Assembly: GCA_963422735.1 (NCBI GenBank)
Contig: OY730476.1
Span: 2,848,001 to 2,912,000 of the forward strand
DNA from: Candidatus Latescibacterota bacterium
GTDB lineage: Bacteria; Latescibacterota; UBA2968; UBA8231
DNA: 64,000 bases
Direction of reading: 5' to 3'
Positions 28,589-39,012 of this stretch are shown in pieces; the first letter of the stretch is position 1; each line of letters starts with the position of its first letter. A program made the position numbers and the translations under genes. A model generated the notes under the pieces. The model searched no databases. It was not told the origin of the DNA and saw only the letters and a program-made list of their open reading frames with translations.

Positions 28589-30079
28589 CTACTCCGATTC
28601 CTCCAGCACCCCGTCGTAAGGACCGGCCAGTGCTTCGCCTTGGGCTTTGATTTCTTCCAAGCGGCGCGACAGACTGCGCACGATATCCGGGTGTTGGTCG
28701 TACAGATTCTGCCGCTCGGCGATGTCGTCTTTGAGGTTGAACAATTCCCCGGGAAAATTGTGGTCGCGGTAGCCCCGCTCCGCCTTGAACCAGTCCGGCT
28801 CGCGGTTGTCGTCGCCGGAGGGGGCGTCGATAAAGACCCATTCGTCTTGGCGCAGGGCAAAGCGACCCGAACAACTGTGATGTACAGCCGAGCGGCGCAC
28901 CGGCGCGTCAATTTCTCCCTGCAACAGGGGCAATATGCTAATGCTGTCCTCGGCCGCTCCCGGAGGTAACCGGGTCCCGGTCAACTGGGCGCAGGTAGCC
29001 ATAAAATCGCCCAACAGAGCGAGCTGGTCGCAAACCGATCCGGCCGGAGTGACGCCGGGCCAGCGAGCGACAAAGGGTACGCGGTGACCACCCTCCCAGG
29101 TGTCGCGCTTGACGCCGCGCAAATGGGCCATGCTGTAGTGGCCGAATTGGCGCACGTGCTCGTAGCAGCCACCAGCCGCGGCCGGGCTGCACTCGGGGCC
29201 GTTGTCACTGGTGAAGATGAGCAGCGCGTCGTCGGTTAGGCCCTGCTCGTCGAGCGCGGCCATGATTTCCCCGACTACCCAATCAACTTCGCAGACAAAA
29301 TCGCCGTACAGACCCGCTTTACTGCGGCCGATGAAGTCTTGGTTGGGAACAATCGGCGTGTGCGGAGAGGTCAGCGGTAAATAGAGGAAGAAGGGATCGG
29401 AGCCAGCTTCGGCGATGTAGGCGCGGGCGCGGCGGACGAATTCGGGGACCATGTCTTCCAATTTCCAGCCCGGTTTCACGGCCCCGGGAAAGCCGAACAT
29501 CCCCTCGGGCTTTTGCTCGGTCGGGGCCGCGGCCAGCCGGTCCTGCTCAAACCAAGTGTAGGGCGGGAAATTGGGCACATCGACGCCAAAGTAGTAATCG
29601 AAGCCGCAGGCTAGGGGACCGCCGCCTATGGGTTGGCTGTAGTCGATATTGCGCTCTAGAGCTTGGCGCTGGTCTCGGTCGAGACGGCCGATGGGAGCGT
29701 CTCCGCAGGCCGGTTTGCCGTCTTTGGTCGTCCATTCCCAGCCGAGGTGCCACTTGCCGATGCAGGCGGTGCGGTAGCCCTGCTGGCGCAACAGCTTGGC
29801 CACAGTGGGGCGGTCGGCTTCTATCAAGGGCGGATCCCAAGGCCACAGGACGCTGCTTTTGAGCGGAGTACGCCAACAATAGCGGCCGGTGAGCAGGGCG
29901 TAGCGGCTGGGCGAGCAGACGCTGGAGGAGGCGTGGGCGTCGGTAAAGCGCATCCCTTGGGCGGCGAAGCGGTCGAGGTGAGGCGTGGGGATTCTGCAGC
30001 CGGGGTTGTTGCATCCCATATCGCCGTATCCCATGTCGTCGGCGAGGATGTAGATGATATTGGGTTTTTGCCGGGGCAT
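28589..30079 (-). CDS. Arylsulfatase (formylglycine-dependent)
   Basis: PNIIYILADDMGYGD, CSPSR-ALLTGR, GKWHLG and SDNG motifs. Confidence 0.95.
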   Translation of the reverse strand: MPRQKPNIIYILADDMGYGDMGCNNPGCRIPTPHLDRFAAQGMRFTDAHASSSVCSPSRYALLTGRYCWRTPLKSSVLWPWDPPLIEADRPTVAKLLRQQGYRTACIGKWHLGWEWTTKDGKPACGDAPIGRLDRDQRQALERNIDYSQPIGGGPLACGFDYYFGVDVPNFPPYTWFEQDRLAAAPTEQKPEGMFGFPGAVKPGWKLEDMVPEFVRRARAYIAEAGSDPFFLYLPLTSPHTPIVPNQDFIGRSKAGLYGDFVCEVDWVVGEIMAALDEQGLTDDALLIFTSDNGPECSPAAAGGCYEHVRQFGHYSMAHLRGVKRDTWEGGHRVPFVARWPGVTPAGSVCDQLALLGDFMATCAQLTGTRLPPGAAEDSISILPLLQGEIDAPVRRSAVHHSCSGRFALRQDEWVFIDAPSGDDNREPDWFKAERGYRDHNFPGELFNLKDDIAERQNLYDQHPDIVRSLSRRLEEIKAQGEALAGPYDGVLEESE

Positions 30080-30117
30080 GGCCGGTCCTTTCTTTTAGAT
30101 GGAAATCGTTACTGATA

Positions 30118-30831
30118 AACTGATAAGCTGAATACCCGATCGACGCCCCGTTCGGTCCCGGAGCACCGGCCCAGCCGTTAGAGAGGCGGTCGTAAGCCAC
30201 GATCAACCCATCGGCTCCCCAAGGCATCAGCGCGGTGTAAGACGTATTCATGGCGGGGTCCTCCCCGGCCTGTGCGTTGCAGAAGGCGTCTGAAAAGCCC
30301 GCATTCGGCTCGACCAGTCGGTTGTGATGCACCCCCAGATTTACCCGCTCCCATTCTTTGCCCTGCCCATCGGCGCAGATGTACCGAGGCCATCCCTTCC
30401 ATGCACATCGGCTGCGACCACATCTGGCCTTCATCCTTGCTAATGCTCTTGTGGAAATCCCAGCCACCGCCGACGCGATAGACGCACAGCAAGTCGCCGT
30501 TGTCCAGCCGCAGGGTGTTGGATTCGTTGGGGCCTTCGGGTGCGCCGGGTGCTGCATCCGGGCCGGCGACAATGCTGCGGTACGTCCACGAAAAGCCACC
30601 GTCGTCGCTGATTACTGCGAACGTGTTATAGCCTTCTTCCCCGTCGAATTTTCCGTACATCGTCGCCAACAGGCACCCATCCTTTAGGCGCAGGATGTTG
30701 CCGTTGTGCTGGAGCCGCAGTGTCCGCCTTAAAAGGGCCGGTGAAGCGTCCTCGTGGCAATCGGCGAGCGGACGCGGAAAATCGGAGACCAGCACGTCCC
30801 GAGGTTCGACCACGAGCGCACCATAGACCAT
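30118..30831 (-). pseudogene. Sialidase/BNR-repeat protein fragment
   Basis: Asp-boxes SDDGGFSW and SKDEGQMW; frameshifted and truncated. Confidence 0.6.
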
Positions 30832-30975
30832 CGTCAGGACGTTGCCCGGAGCAACGCAGTTTTGCCGGTCTTCACCAGGTCAGACCCACCGGCCATTTGC
30901 GCGTTTGCTGCAAGCGACCCATCCTCTGCGATAGGCCGACCGAAAAATGACTGCAGAACGCGCCCACCAAGGAGT

Positions 30976-32523
30976 TTAAAACGGCTTCGCAAGGCTTTTT
31001 TTATCGTTTTCCTCAGCGAGTTGACTCAAACGGCGAGCCTGCTCCAGGTGGAAGTGGCTCTTTTCGACCTGTCCCAATTTGGCGTAGGCATCGCCCAGAT
31101 AGCGGTGGATCCGGGGATTTTCAGAATCCAATTCCGCTGACCGAGCATAGGCGTGCAGAGCTTTGGCGACATGCCTTTCTTTCATGTAGGCAACGCCCAA
31201 GTTGAGATAGGCTTCTGCATAGTTGGGGCGCAACGAGGTAGCTTTGGAAAATTGGCTTATAGCTGCCGCGAGGTTCCCGGTGCGTGCTTCCACCAAGCCC
31301 AGACTGAAGGCGGCTTCGGGCAAGTTCGGATCGAGGCGGGTGGCTTGCTCGATGGCTTGGCGGGCCTGGACGTAGTCGCCTTTTTTGAGGTATACCCCCC
31401 CTAGGCGCATGTGGCTTATCGCATCTTCTTCGTCCAGAGCAATGCCTTTTTGGAAGCAGTGGATCGCCTCATCATAGGCAGCTTTCGAGGTGAGCAATAT
31501 GCCCAGACTGATGTGGGCATTTTTATGCTCAGGATTGAGTTCAATTACATTGCGGTACTCGAGCTCGGCCTGTTCGTAGTCGCCCCTCAGGGCGTGGTTG
31601 AGGGCCATATTGTAGCGCGCTGTCGCCGGGCCTATCGGTACATGACCGGTAGTGGGCATCGACAGTTCGGAGTAGAGGCCGCGATCAAACTGGCGCAAAA
31701 ATTCCGATCGTTCTAGATGCCGCCGGCCCTCTTCCCAGTGCCCCAGGCGCAGGTAGATACCGCCCAAGTTGGTATGCACTTGCGGCGAATAGGGGTTGAG
31801 CGAGACGGCCTTTTTCAGCGCTTCTAGGGCTTCCTGATAATGGCCCTGGGCACTGTGTAGCAGACCCAGATGGAAGAGTCCCTCGGCATCCTCCGGATCA
31901 TGCCTGATCGCTTGCCGGAGGTAGGTCAGGGCTTGTTTTGTAGCTCCCTGTTTGCGGTAGAGCAAACCTAGCTTTTTATAGGCTGGAGCTAGGGTGGAAT
32001 CGGCGTCTAGGGCTACCAGATACATCTGCTCCGCCAAGTCTGCGCTGTCCCGATAGCTGTAAATGAGGCCCAAATTGTAGTGGGTAGTCGCCCGCTGTGG
32101 ATCCAAGACGAGGGCTCTTTGGAAAGCGACTAGGGCGGCATCCGTGTCGCTGTACTGCACCTGGGCAAAGGCTCTGGCCGTGTGTATAACGCCAAGTATA
32201 TCATAAAGTTCGGCCTCTTCAGGGCCGAGAGCCATTGCCCGCTCCACCGCCTGTTGGGCGTCGGTGAATTGGCCTACAGCCAGATGGGAACGGGCTAGAT
32301 AGCGGTAGGTCTCGCGCTCTTCGCCGCCCTGTTCGAGTGCCTTTTGGAAAGCCGCGATGGCGATCTGGTGATTACCCGCTAGAAAGTGCTGGAGGCCTCG
32401 CTCGAAAAACGGATCGGCCCCAACTTCCTCCAATTCCCCACTCTTTGCACAGGCCGTCAGCACAGGTGTGGAGGCCGCGATCAAAAAGCGAACTATGAGC
32501 AAGCAGACAAACGGGATAGCCAT
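30976..32523 (-). CDS. TPR repeat protein, probably exported
   Basis: Many canonical TPR units (AEAYLNLGVAY, ATTHYNLGLIY); hydrophobic N-terminus. Confidence 0.9.
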   Translation of the reverse strand: MAIPFVCLLIVRFLIAASTPVLTACAKSGELEEVGADPFFERGLQHFLAGNHQIAIAAFQKALEQGGEERETYRYLARSHLAVGQFTDAQQAVERAMALGPEEAELYDILGVIHTARAFAQVQYSDTDAALVAFQRALVLDPQRATTHYNLGLIYSYRDSADLAEQMYLVALDADSTLAPAYKKLGLLYRKQGATKQALTYLRQAIRHDPEDAEGLFHLGLLHSAQGHYQEALEALKKAVSLNPYSPQVHTNLGGIYLRLGHWEEGRRHLERSEFLRQFDRGLYSELSMPTTGHVPIGPATARYNMALNHALRGDYEQAELEYRNVIELNPEHKNAHISLGILLTSKAAYDEAIHCFQKGIALDEEDAISHMRLGGVYLKKGDYVQARQAIEQATRLDPNLPEAAFSLGLVEARTGNLAAAISQFSKATSLRPNYAEAYLNLGVAYMKERHVAKALHAYARSAELDSENPRIHRYLGDAYAKLGQVEKSHFHLEQARRLSQLAEENDKKSLAKPF

Positions 32524-32524
32524 C

Positions 32525-32615
32525 GGTTAGTGGTTAGTGGTTAGTGGTTAGTGGTTAGTGGTTAGTGGTTAGTGGTTAGTGGTTAGTGGTTAGTGGTTAG
32601 TGGTTAGTGGTTAGT
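32525..32615. repeat. Perfect heptamer tandem repeat (GGTTAGT)13
   Basis: 91 bp = 13 units, ending 1 nt before the ATG of the TPR gene. Confidence 0.95.
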
Positions 32616-32839
32616 CCCATCCGCCCCCTTGGCGACGGGGCCCGGAACATCGACGCGGGGGACCGCGCTGGTCCGGACGAGGGCTAAGGGCATGCCGAGT
32701 CAAACCGCCTAAATGAAACCTGAATCCCCAACCGTACACTAGGAAATTCCGTTGAATATTTTTCTGCACAGCGTCTATGATTTTATCGAATAGCCGCGAT
32801 AGCAGTGGCCTATGATAATAAAAGAACGGTGCTAATCCA

Positions 32840-34271
32840 ATGCATCTTAGTCGTTTCAACAACAAGAAAATCGCCGTGATGTCTAAGGCTCTCATCGCGG
32901 CGATTTTGGCCACTTTAGTCTCTGGTTGGTCCGTCTTTCCCGCTAGGTCACAACCCCTGCCAGTGAAATTCATCGACCGGGCAGCAACCAACGGCATCGC
33001 TGCGTCGAACGCGTCGGGTGACGCCCAGCAATATATTGTCGAGGGCATGATGGGCGGAGCGGCGTTTTTCGATGCCGATGGCGACGGCGATGTGGATATT
33101 TACGTCACCAACGGCTCGCGCTTTGCCGGCTTCCCTCCCGGCCAGCATCCAGCCAATTACCTGTACCGCAACGAGGGGGGCTTCTTTGAAGATGTTGCGA
33201 CCCATGTCGGGGTGGGGGATACCAGCTAGTCCATGGGCTGCGCGGTGGCTGATTACGACAACGATGGTCACTTAGACCTTTACGGCACTAATTTTGGTCG
33301 CAACAGGCTCTACCGCAATCGAGCCAATGGCCCCTTCGAGGACGCGACTTCGGCGGCCGGAGTGGGAGACCGGCGTTGGGGCACAGGCTGTACATTTGGA
33401 GATTACGACCGGGACGGCCACGTAGATCTCTACGTGGCCAATTTTTCACCTTGGACTACCAATCGACGATACCCTGTCAGTGGAAAAATATCCCTGTCTA
33501 CTGTGGACCTCGGGGGCTGCCACCGGCGGCTGATATTCTCTACCGCAATGAGGGCGACGGCACTTTTGCCGATGCCAGCAAAAGCACCGGCATCAACGAG
33601 CTTTATTACAGTATGGCGGCCAGCTTCGCCGATTTGGACGACGACGGCTGGCCGGATCTTTTTGTGGCCAATGACTCCATGCCCGACCAGCTCTACCACA
33701 ACCAGACCGATGGCACTTTTAAAGAGGTGGCACTACTGGCCGGGGTGGCCTATAGCGGCGAAGGCGTCAAGCAGGAATGCATGGGATTGGCCCTGAGCGA
33801 TTACGAAAACGACGGGCTAATCGATATATTGGCCACCAATTTTGCCGATGAGCACAATGTGCTCTACAGGAGCAGCGGTGGCCTTTTCCTCACCGATGTC
33901 TCCTACCTGTCTAGAGTCGCTGGCACTGGCAGCCGCCAAGTCGCTTGGGGCACGGCCTTCTTCGATTACGACAACTACGGCGATCGAGATTTCTTCGTGG
34001 CCAATGGCCACACCTATCCACAAGCCGATTTGCCCCAAGCCAATAGCAGCTATCGGGAGAAGAACCCGGGCGGGGATTGGAGCCCGCATCGCCATTAGTG
34101 CGGCCGGCGACAGTTTGCCCAAGTGCTGAGCGGGGGAAGCTATCTTTCCCACCGCGATTTAAAAGTGCATTTCGGCTTGGGCCGTTCCACCTTAGGTGGC
34201 CCAGCGGTGTTGTGCAGACGCTGCGCGACGTACCGGCGAACCAAGTCCTTGTAGTGCGAGAACCTCAATAA
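32840..34271 (+). pseudogene. CRTAC1/ASPIC family protein, disrupted
   Basis: FG-GAP motifs spread over ORFs 32840, 33233, 33376 and 34077; in-frame TAG at 33227-33229 plus frameshifts; C-terminal RWPSG. Confidence 0.85.
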
Positions 34272-34397
34272 CCCCTACTGGCTTTCTGTGAAACGACATC
34301 ACCCTTCCGTAGCTGATGCATCCGCACCAAATTTTCTTCAAAGATGGCGACGGGGTACTTCTGCCGCAGACCACGGACATAGTTCACATAGCCATTT

Positions 34398-35120
34398 CTA
34401 GCCTCCGGGCCCGCCGCTGGGAATTGTCATCGTAGGGTATGTTTCGCGCTTTCGCTCCTCGACCCTGAATACTGAATATCCTTCCTCTACCTTTACCTTG
34501 ATTGGCCCACCCACTTCACCCACTTCCAGAGACTGGACCGCCTCGTAAATCCGAGGGTAAAGGTTTTGGGTGTACATATTGAGTTTCAACCTAGCTCTAT
34601 GGTGTCCGCTTTCCTCGCGCTTGGTGTATTGCTGCGCTAGGCGTTGCGGATCTTGGGTCTCTTGGATTTCCTCCTTGAGACGCTGGGCCAGAAAATCAGC
34701 GGACACCACATCTGCCCGGGGATCCCTATCCGGCTGGAGCAGCAGACCCTCTGCCTCGACGCCTTTGATTACTGTCCAGCGCACCGCAAAAATCTGGTGC
34801 CCGCGCCCTTGGGCTAGTTGAGCTTGCGGAGCGTTTCTCCCGGACACATCCGTCGTAATCTGGAGCTGGACCACCGGGCGTTGATCTGTAAGACCAATGA
34901 TCTTCGAGAAGCACTGGCGATTTTTTTCGATGGATTGGACGTAGTTTGAATGAGAGGAAAAATCCCGTTTCCAGTGCCGCACCCGGCGGTCGATAGAGGT
35001 CTTCAGTTAGCGCTGGAGAAAGCGGTTTATGCCCCCTACCATCTGGTCGGCGAGATCCCCTTCCATTTCGAGGAAGGCCGTGCCAGCCAAGGGTTTGCCT
35101 GTAGGGGAAACTTTATCCAT
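34398..35120 (-). pseudogene. Chimeric remnant: hydrolase-like N-terminus joined to a peptidyl-prolyl isomerase fragment
   Basis: From ATG 35120: LAGTAFLEMEGDLADQMVGGINRFLQR*...HWKRDFSS, then LEVGEVGGPIKV..GYSVFRV (rotamase-like); internal stop. Confidence 0.5.
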
Positions 35121-35256
35121 GGGGTTCCCTCCAGAAGCCGTCTTGTAGAAGTTGGCTAAATCCCTATTCTGACTGGTTATTGCTCGGAATTACGGATACG
35201 TTTTCATCCGAAAAAAGAATCGCTGGAATCCATCTCTATGGAAAGGGGTAACACCC

Positions 35257-36204
35257 ATGGAGAGAGCAAATTGCGAGTTTTTCAGAAACAACGGATATCT
35301 GGTCCTCGGCAATGTCCTAAACGATGAGGAAGTAACCCGATGTCTCCAATTTTTCGACCGCAACCGGAGTGAACACGCCTATCTGTGGCGCTATCTCGGA
35401 CACGACACGCACCAGACCGGCAACACAGATTGTCTGCAAAGCTGGTTCGAAGTGGATGAGATCGTCCGGCACCCCAAGCTCCTGCCCATTGTGCGCGAGT
35501 TGATGGGAGGACCGCTCTGCCTGCTCGAAGTCAGCGCCCGTCACATGGACATGCACCCCGGTGCCGTGAAGATCGCTCAGCAATGGTACCGGGACGTCCG
35601 TCATCTGGAAGAGCATCCGCTGCGCATAAACTATATCCAAGCGATGGTTTACTTGACCGACGTGAACGAAGAGACCCATTGTTTTACCATTTCACCCGAA
35701 TCGGTCAATGACCCTATTTTGGAGAGAGACGCGCAACTGGAAAAGGGCGGCATCGAGTACCTCCACGGTCCGGCCGGAACGGTTATCCTTTTTAACGCCT
35801 CGGTGCTACATACGGCCACCGTGCGAACCACTGATTGCGAACGCAAGACAGTGCAAATATACTATTGCCATCGGGACAAAAATCTAGGAAGCCTCGACAT
35901 GGTGATCCCCGCCCGGCTGTGGCGTGACCATCCGGATCCGGCATCTAGGGCGTTCTACGGCCCTCAGGGCAAATCGGCACCTCCGACTCAATACCGAGAG
36001 CTGACGAATGGTCACATCGACATCAATTTTTTACCCGATTCCCACCTTTCCCGGGCCGAGGACAGGTGTCCGTGGAACGAAGCCGACGGCACGGACGAGC
36101 ACCAATGCATAAGCACAAATAAGGTCATTTGCCAGCACTTCCGCGGCATTAGAAGACCGAATATTGTGCAGTGCAGTTACCCCGAAAAGGAGGCATTGGA
36201 TTAG
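35257..36204 (+). CDS. PhyH-family protein with HxD changed to YxD and a Cys-rich C-terminal tail
   Basis: GYLVL, VYLTDV and GPAGTVILFNASVLH motifs; QWYRD in place of WHRD. Confidence 0.75.
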   Translation: MERANCEFFRNNGYLVLGNVLNDEEVTRCLQFFDRNRSEHAYLWRYLGHDTHQTGNTDCLQSWFEVDEIVRHPKLLPIVRELMGGPLCLLEVSARHMDMHPGAVKIAQQWYRDVRHLEEHPLRINYIQAMVYLTDVNEETHCFTISPESVNDPILERDAQLEKGGIEYLHGPAGTVILFNASVLHTATVRTTDCERKTVQIYYCHRDKNLGSLDMVIPARLWRDHPDPASRAFYGPQGKSAPPTQYRELTNGHIDINFLPDSHLSRAEDRCPWNEADGTDEHQCISTNKVICQHFRGIRRPNIVQCSYPEKEALD

Positions 36205-36261
36205 TGGGCTGCCTCATCCCCAGAAAATTGCGTTCCGACTCATGCTGGTGGGCTGATTCCC

Positions 36262-37245
36262 TTACAACTCCTCCACCGCCTGCAAGGCCGCATGGATATA
36301 GCCGAAGGCATAGGCAAAGCCGACCTTGCCCGGCTCAGGGCCGCCGATCCCGGGGACGTGATCCGGCATGATCATGTACTCGTAGCCAACCTCCTTGTAC
36401 ACCTTCAGTGCCCGGATCATATTGATATCGCCTTCGTCGGGAAAGACCTCGACGAAGTTACCCAAGCCCCCTTTGATATTGCGGAAGTGGACGTTGAAAA
36501 TCTTCTTGCGCTCGCCGAAGTAGCGAATGACATCGAAGATCTCCTCCGCCGGATTGACCAGCGCCTCGGACATGCAGCCTTGGCAGAAATTCAGACCGTT
36601 GTACGGACTGTAGTAGAGCGCGATGAGCTTTTTGAAGCCCTCGACCATTCCCAAGGGACGCGCCACGCCCCGGTACGTACGGCCCACGCCAATGCCCGGG
36701 TCGGACGGATGGCAGGCCATCTGGACTTTGTATTCTTCGGCCACGGGCATGATCTCTTGTAGCCAGTGGTCAATGCGCGCCCACATTTCGTCTTCATCGG
36801 CCGGCCCGTCTTTGAACTCGCCTAGCGACTGATCCAATTTGTCAAACTCAAAGGTCGATACCGTGGCACCTCCGCGCCCCGTCTTCGCGGGCGTCCGCAG
36901 GTGGCCCAAGATGGTGATATTGTAGTTGAGGCCGCGGATGCCAGCCTCGCCCGCCATCCGCACCGTCTCTTTCATCCAGTCGATCTGGCGGTCGCGCTCG
37001 TCGCTCGGTTTGAGAAAGATCGCCCCGGCCTCGTTGTCGTAGGCGCTGCGCGACCCCAAGGGGATGTGGATCATCTCCATGCTGATGCCGTGTTTGCCCC
37101 ACCGCTCCTTCATCTGCAGTAGCATATCCGTGCTCCATTCCCGCCACGGCGCAGAAGGAGTCTGATCGACGTTTTTGATGCCGAGTTGCGACAAGACTTG
37201 CATTTCTTCGTCGGTCTGTTCCCCGAATTGCGATCCGATGTACAT
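36262..37245 (-). CDS. uxuA: Mannonate dehydratase family protein
   Basis: ACHPSDP, NGLNFCQG, VHFRNI and MPDHVP motifs. Confidence 0.8.
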   Translation of the reverse strand: MYIGSQFGEQTDEEMQVLSQLGIKNVDQTPSAPWREWSTDMLLQMKERWGKHGISMEMIHIPLGSRSAYDNEAGAIFLKPSDERDRQIDWMKETVRMAGEAGIRGLNYNITILGHLRTPAKTGRGGATVSTFEFDKLDQSLGEFKDGPADEDEMWARIDHWLQEIMPVAEEYKVQMACHPSDPGIGVGRTYRGVARPLGMVEGFKKLIALYYSPYNGLNFCQGCMSEALVNPAEEIFDVIRYFGERKKIFNVHFRNIKGGLGNFVEVFPDEGDINMIRALKVYKEVGYEYMIMPDHVPGIGGPEPGKVGFAYAFGYIHAALQAVEEL

Positions 37246-37304
37246 AGCGTATCCTCCCAATGGTCGGTCTAGTTATGAACGAATATAAGGCCGTCGCGGT
37301 AGTG

Positions 37305-38042
37305 CTAGCTCGGCGCATCCGACTGGAATAGCGTAACCCCCATCTCCAGATACTTGTCGCGTTCTGCAGGCGTAGTACTCGTCCCCATGGCCAGACGAAT
37401 GCCGGTACCAGCCAATTGGGCGGCGACATTGCGCATACAGTCATCAACGGTGCATAGCGGATAGTCCGGGTGATCTTCCAAGCTAAAGGAAAGGTCGTTG
37501 GGACCAAAAGTGACCACGCTCACTCCCGGCTTGGCCAATTTGCGAATATTGGTCACCGCTTCGACGGATTCTATTTGGATCGCCAAAATCGCGTAGTCAT
37601 TCCACCACGCCGCATAAGCGCGTCGGTCGATCCCTTGGGTCGCGCCGCGCAGGCCGCGGCGATTTGCGCCCCCCCAACTGCGCCGCCCGATGGGACCGTA
37701 ATAGGCGTAGGCAATGGCGTCGTCCACGGTCTCCGGCTCCATGACCTCGGGGATCAAGACCGCGCTGGGACCCAAGTCGAGATAGCGCCCGACCATATAG
37801 GCATGTCGGGTGTGGGAGATGCGCAATTGCACATCGATATCCAGCTCTTCGGCCGCCCTGCAGTAGTTGACCAATTGCTCTTCGCTGAAGGGGGTGTGCT
37901 GGCTGTCGATCCAGATATAGTCGTACTGATCGGTTGACCATATATCGGCCAACTGCTCCTTGGTCGTGGTCAGCGAGCCGCGCAGGGCAACCAGCACTTC
38001 GCCATCTTGCATGCGTTGTCTGAGCGTTTTCTTTTGCGACAT
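37305..38042 (-). CDS. HpcH/HpaI aldolase family protein
   Basis: IWIDSQH, GRRSWG, QIES and FGPNDL motifs. Confidence 0.85.
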   Translation of the reverse strand: MSQKKTLRQRMQDGEVLVALRGSLTTTKEQLADIWSTDQYDYIWIDSQHTPFSEEQLVNYCRAAEELDIDVQLRISHTRHAYMVGRYLDLGPSAVLIPEVMEPETVDDAIAYAYYGPIGRRSWGGANRRGLRGATQGIDRRAYAAWWNDYAILAIQIESVEAVTNIRKLAKPGVSVVTFGPNDLSFSLEDHPDYPLCTVDDCMRNVAAQLAGTGIRLAMGTSTTPAERDKYLEMGVTLFQSDAPS

Positions 38043-38132
38043 AATGCACTCCTGTATTGGGCTAGTCTATTAAATGGGAAGGAACCCGTGGTTAGATTGG
38101 ATGGAACTAAAAAGGAAGGTGAATAAATCGAC

Positions 38133-38580
38133 ATGAGCGCGAAAGAGCTTTCTTCTGCCCCGGCCCCACTGGCCTACGGCACGCCGGAACAGCTAGTGCG
38201 AGACTTTGCCAGCCGAGGACTAGTCGTCCTAGCCCCGGAAAACCTCGGCATTCCGCTCGAGGTCCACGAGCGGATCTATCAGCGCGTTGCGCCCGAACTT
38301 CTTCCAGACATGCCCTTCGCGTCGTCGCAGCCTGCAACCAACTGGTCGGCGAGAACTGGGCCATTGTGCCGTTCACCCATAATGCGGCGGCCGCGATCAG
38401 CACTGGCACAAGGACGACGACAGCCCGTTCAATGGCCGCAAACAGCAGCAGCACCAAGCCGTGCAAATCGAAATGTGTACTATCCGCAGGCCGTGCGCGA
38501 AGACATGGGCCCGATGGCGACCATGCCCTATTCGCACTATTGGACCTTCAACCACGACAATTTCGCCGGGCCGACCACTC
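38133..38580 (+). pseudogene. PhyH-like dioxygenase remnant
   Basis: FASRGLVVL and YYPQAVREDMGP..MPYSHYW segments with frameshifts. Confidence 0.55.
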
Positions 38581-38732
38581 AAAAGGTCGTCGTTTCTTTT
38601 GGTTTGACCAGATCACCGGCTCGTACCGTTTGCTGCGAAGCTCCGTCGAGAATAGCTCGGCAGCTTTTTAGTTGGCGAGTGCTACGAAGGATAAGACAGG
38701 ACGGGATGGGATATTTTGCGCCGCCATTTGAA

Positions 38733-38830
38733 TTATGCCCCCTCAATTAATGATCGAAGTGCTTTGTTGACTGATTCAGAATCGGGAAAATGTAGTTTTA
38801 CATCCGGGTCGAGCATCACACAATCGTCTG
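38733..38830 (-). pseudogene. C-terminal remnant of a small antitoxin-like protein
   Basis: Manual translation VMLDPDVKLHFPDSESVNKALRSLIEGA*. Confidence 0.45.
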
Positions 38831-39012
38831 CGGGTGCAACGTCGCGCAGCAAGGGTAGCCGTTATATGACTCTACAGACGTGGGCCTGCGGGCGGGCGGT
38901 GCGCCACCGGGTCGACGATCCCGCACCCAAGCGACTACGAGATTGACACTGTTCAATGGCCCCTCGTGCTTTGATTCTGTAGCGCGAAGCCGCGAAGCCT
39001 TCGAGGGGGAAT

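Noticed and set aside
29547-30599. 350-aa ORF bridging the sialidase remnant and the sulfatase
   Set aside because: A short piece of the frameshifted remnant running out of frame into the sulfatase gene; not a real fusion.
32525-32615. CRISPR array or telomere-like sequence
   Set aside because: Contiguous 7-mer without spacers, internal to bacterial genes; no cas genes.
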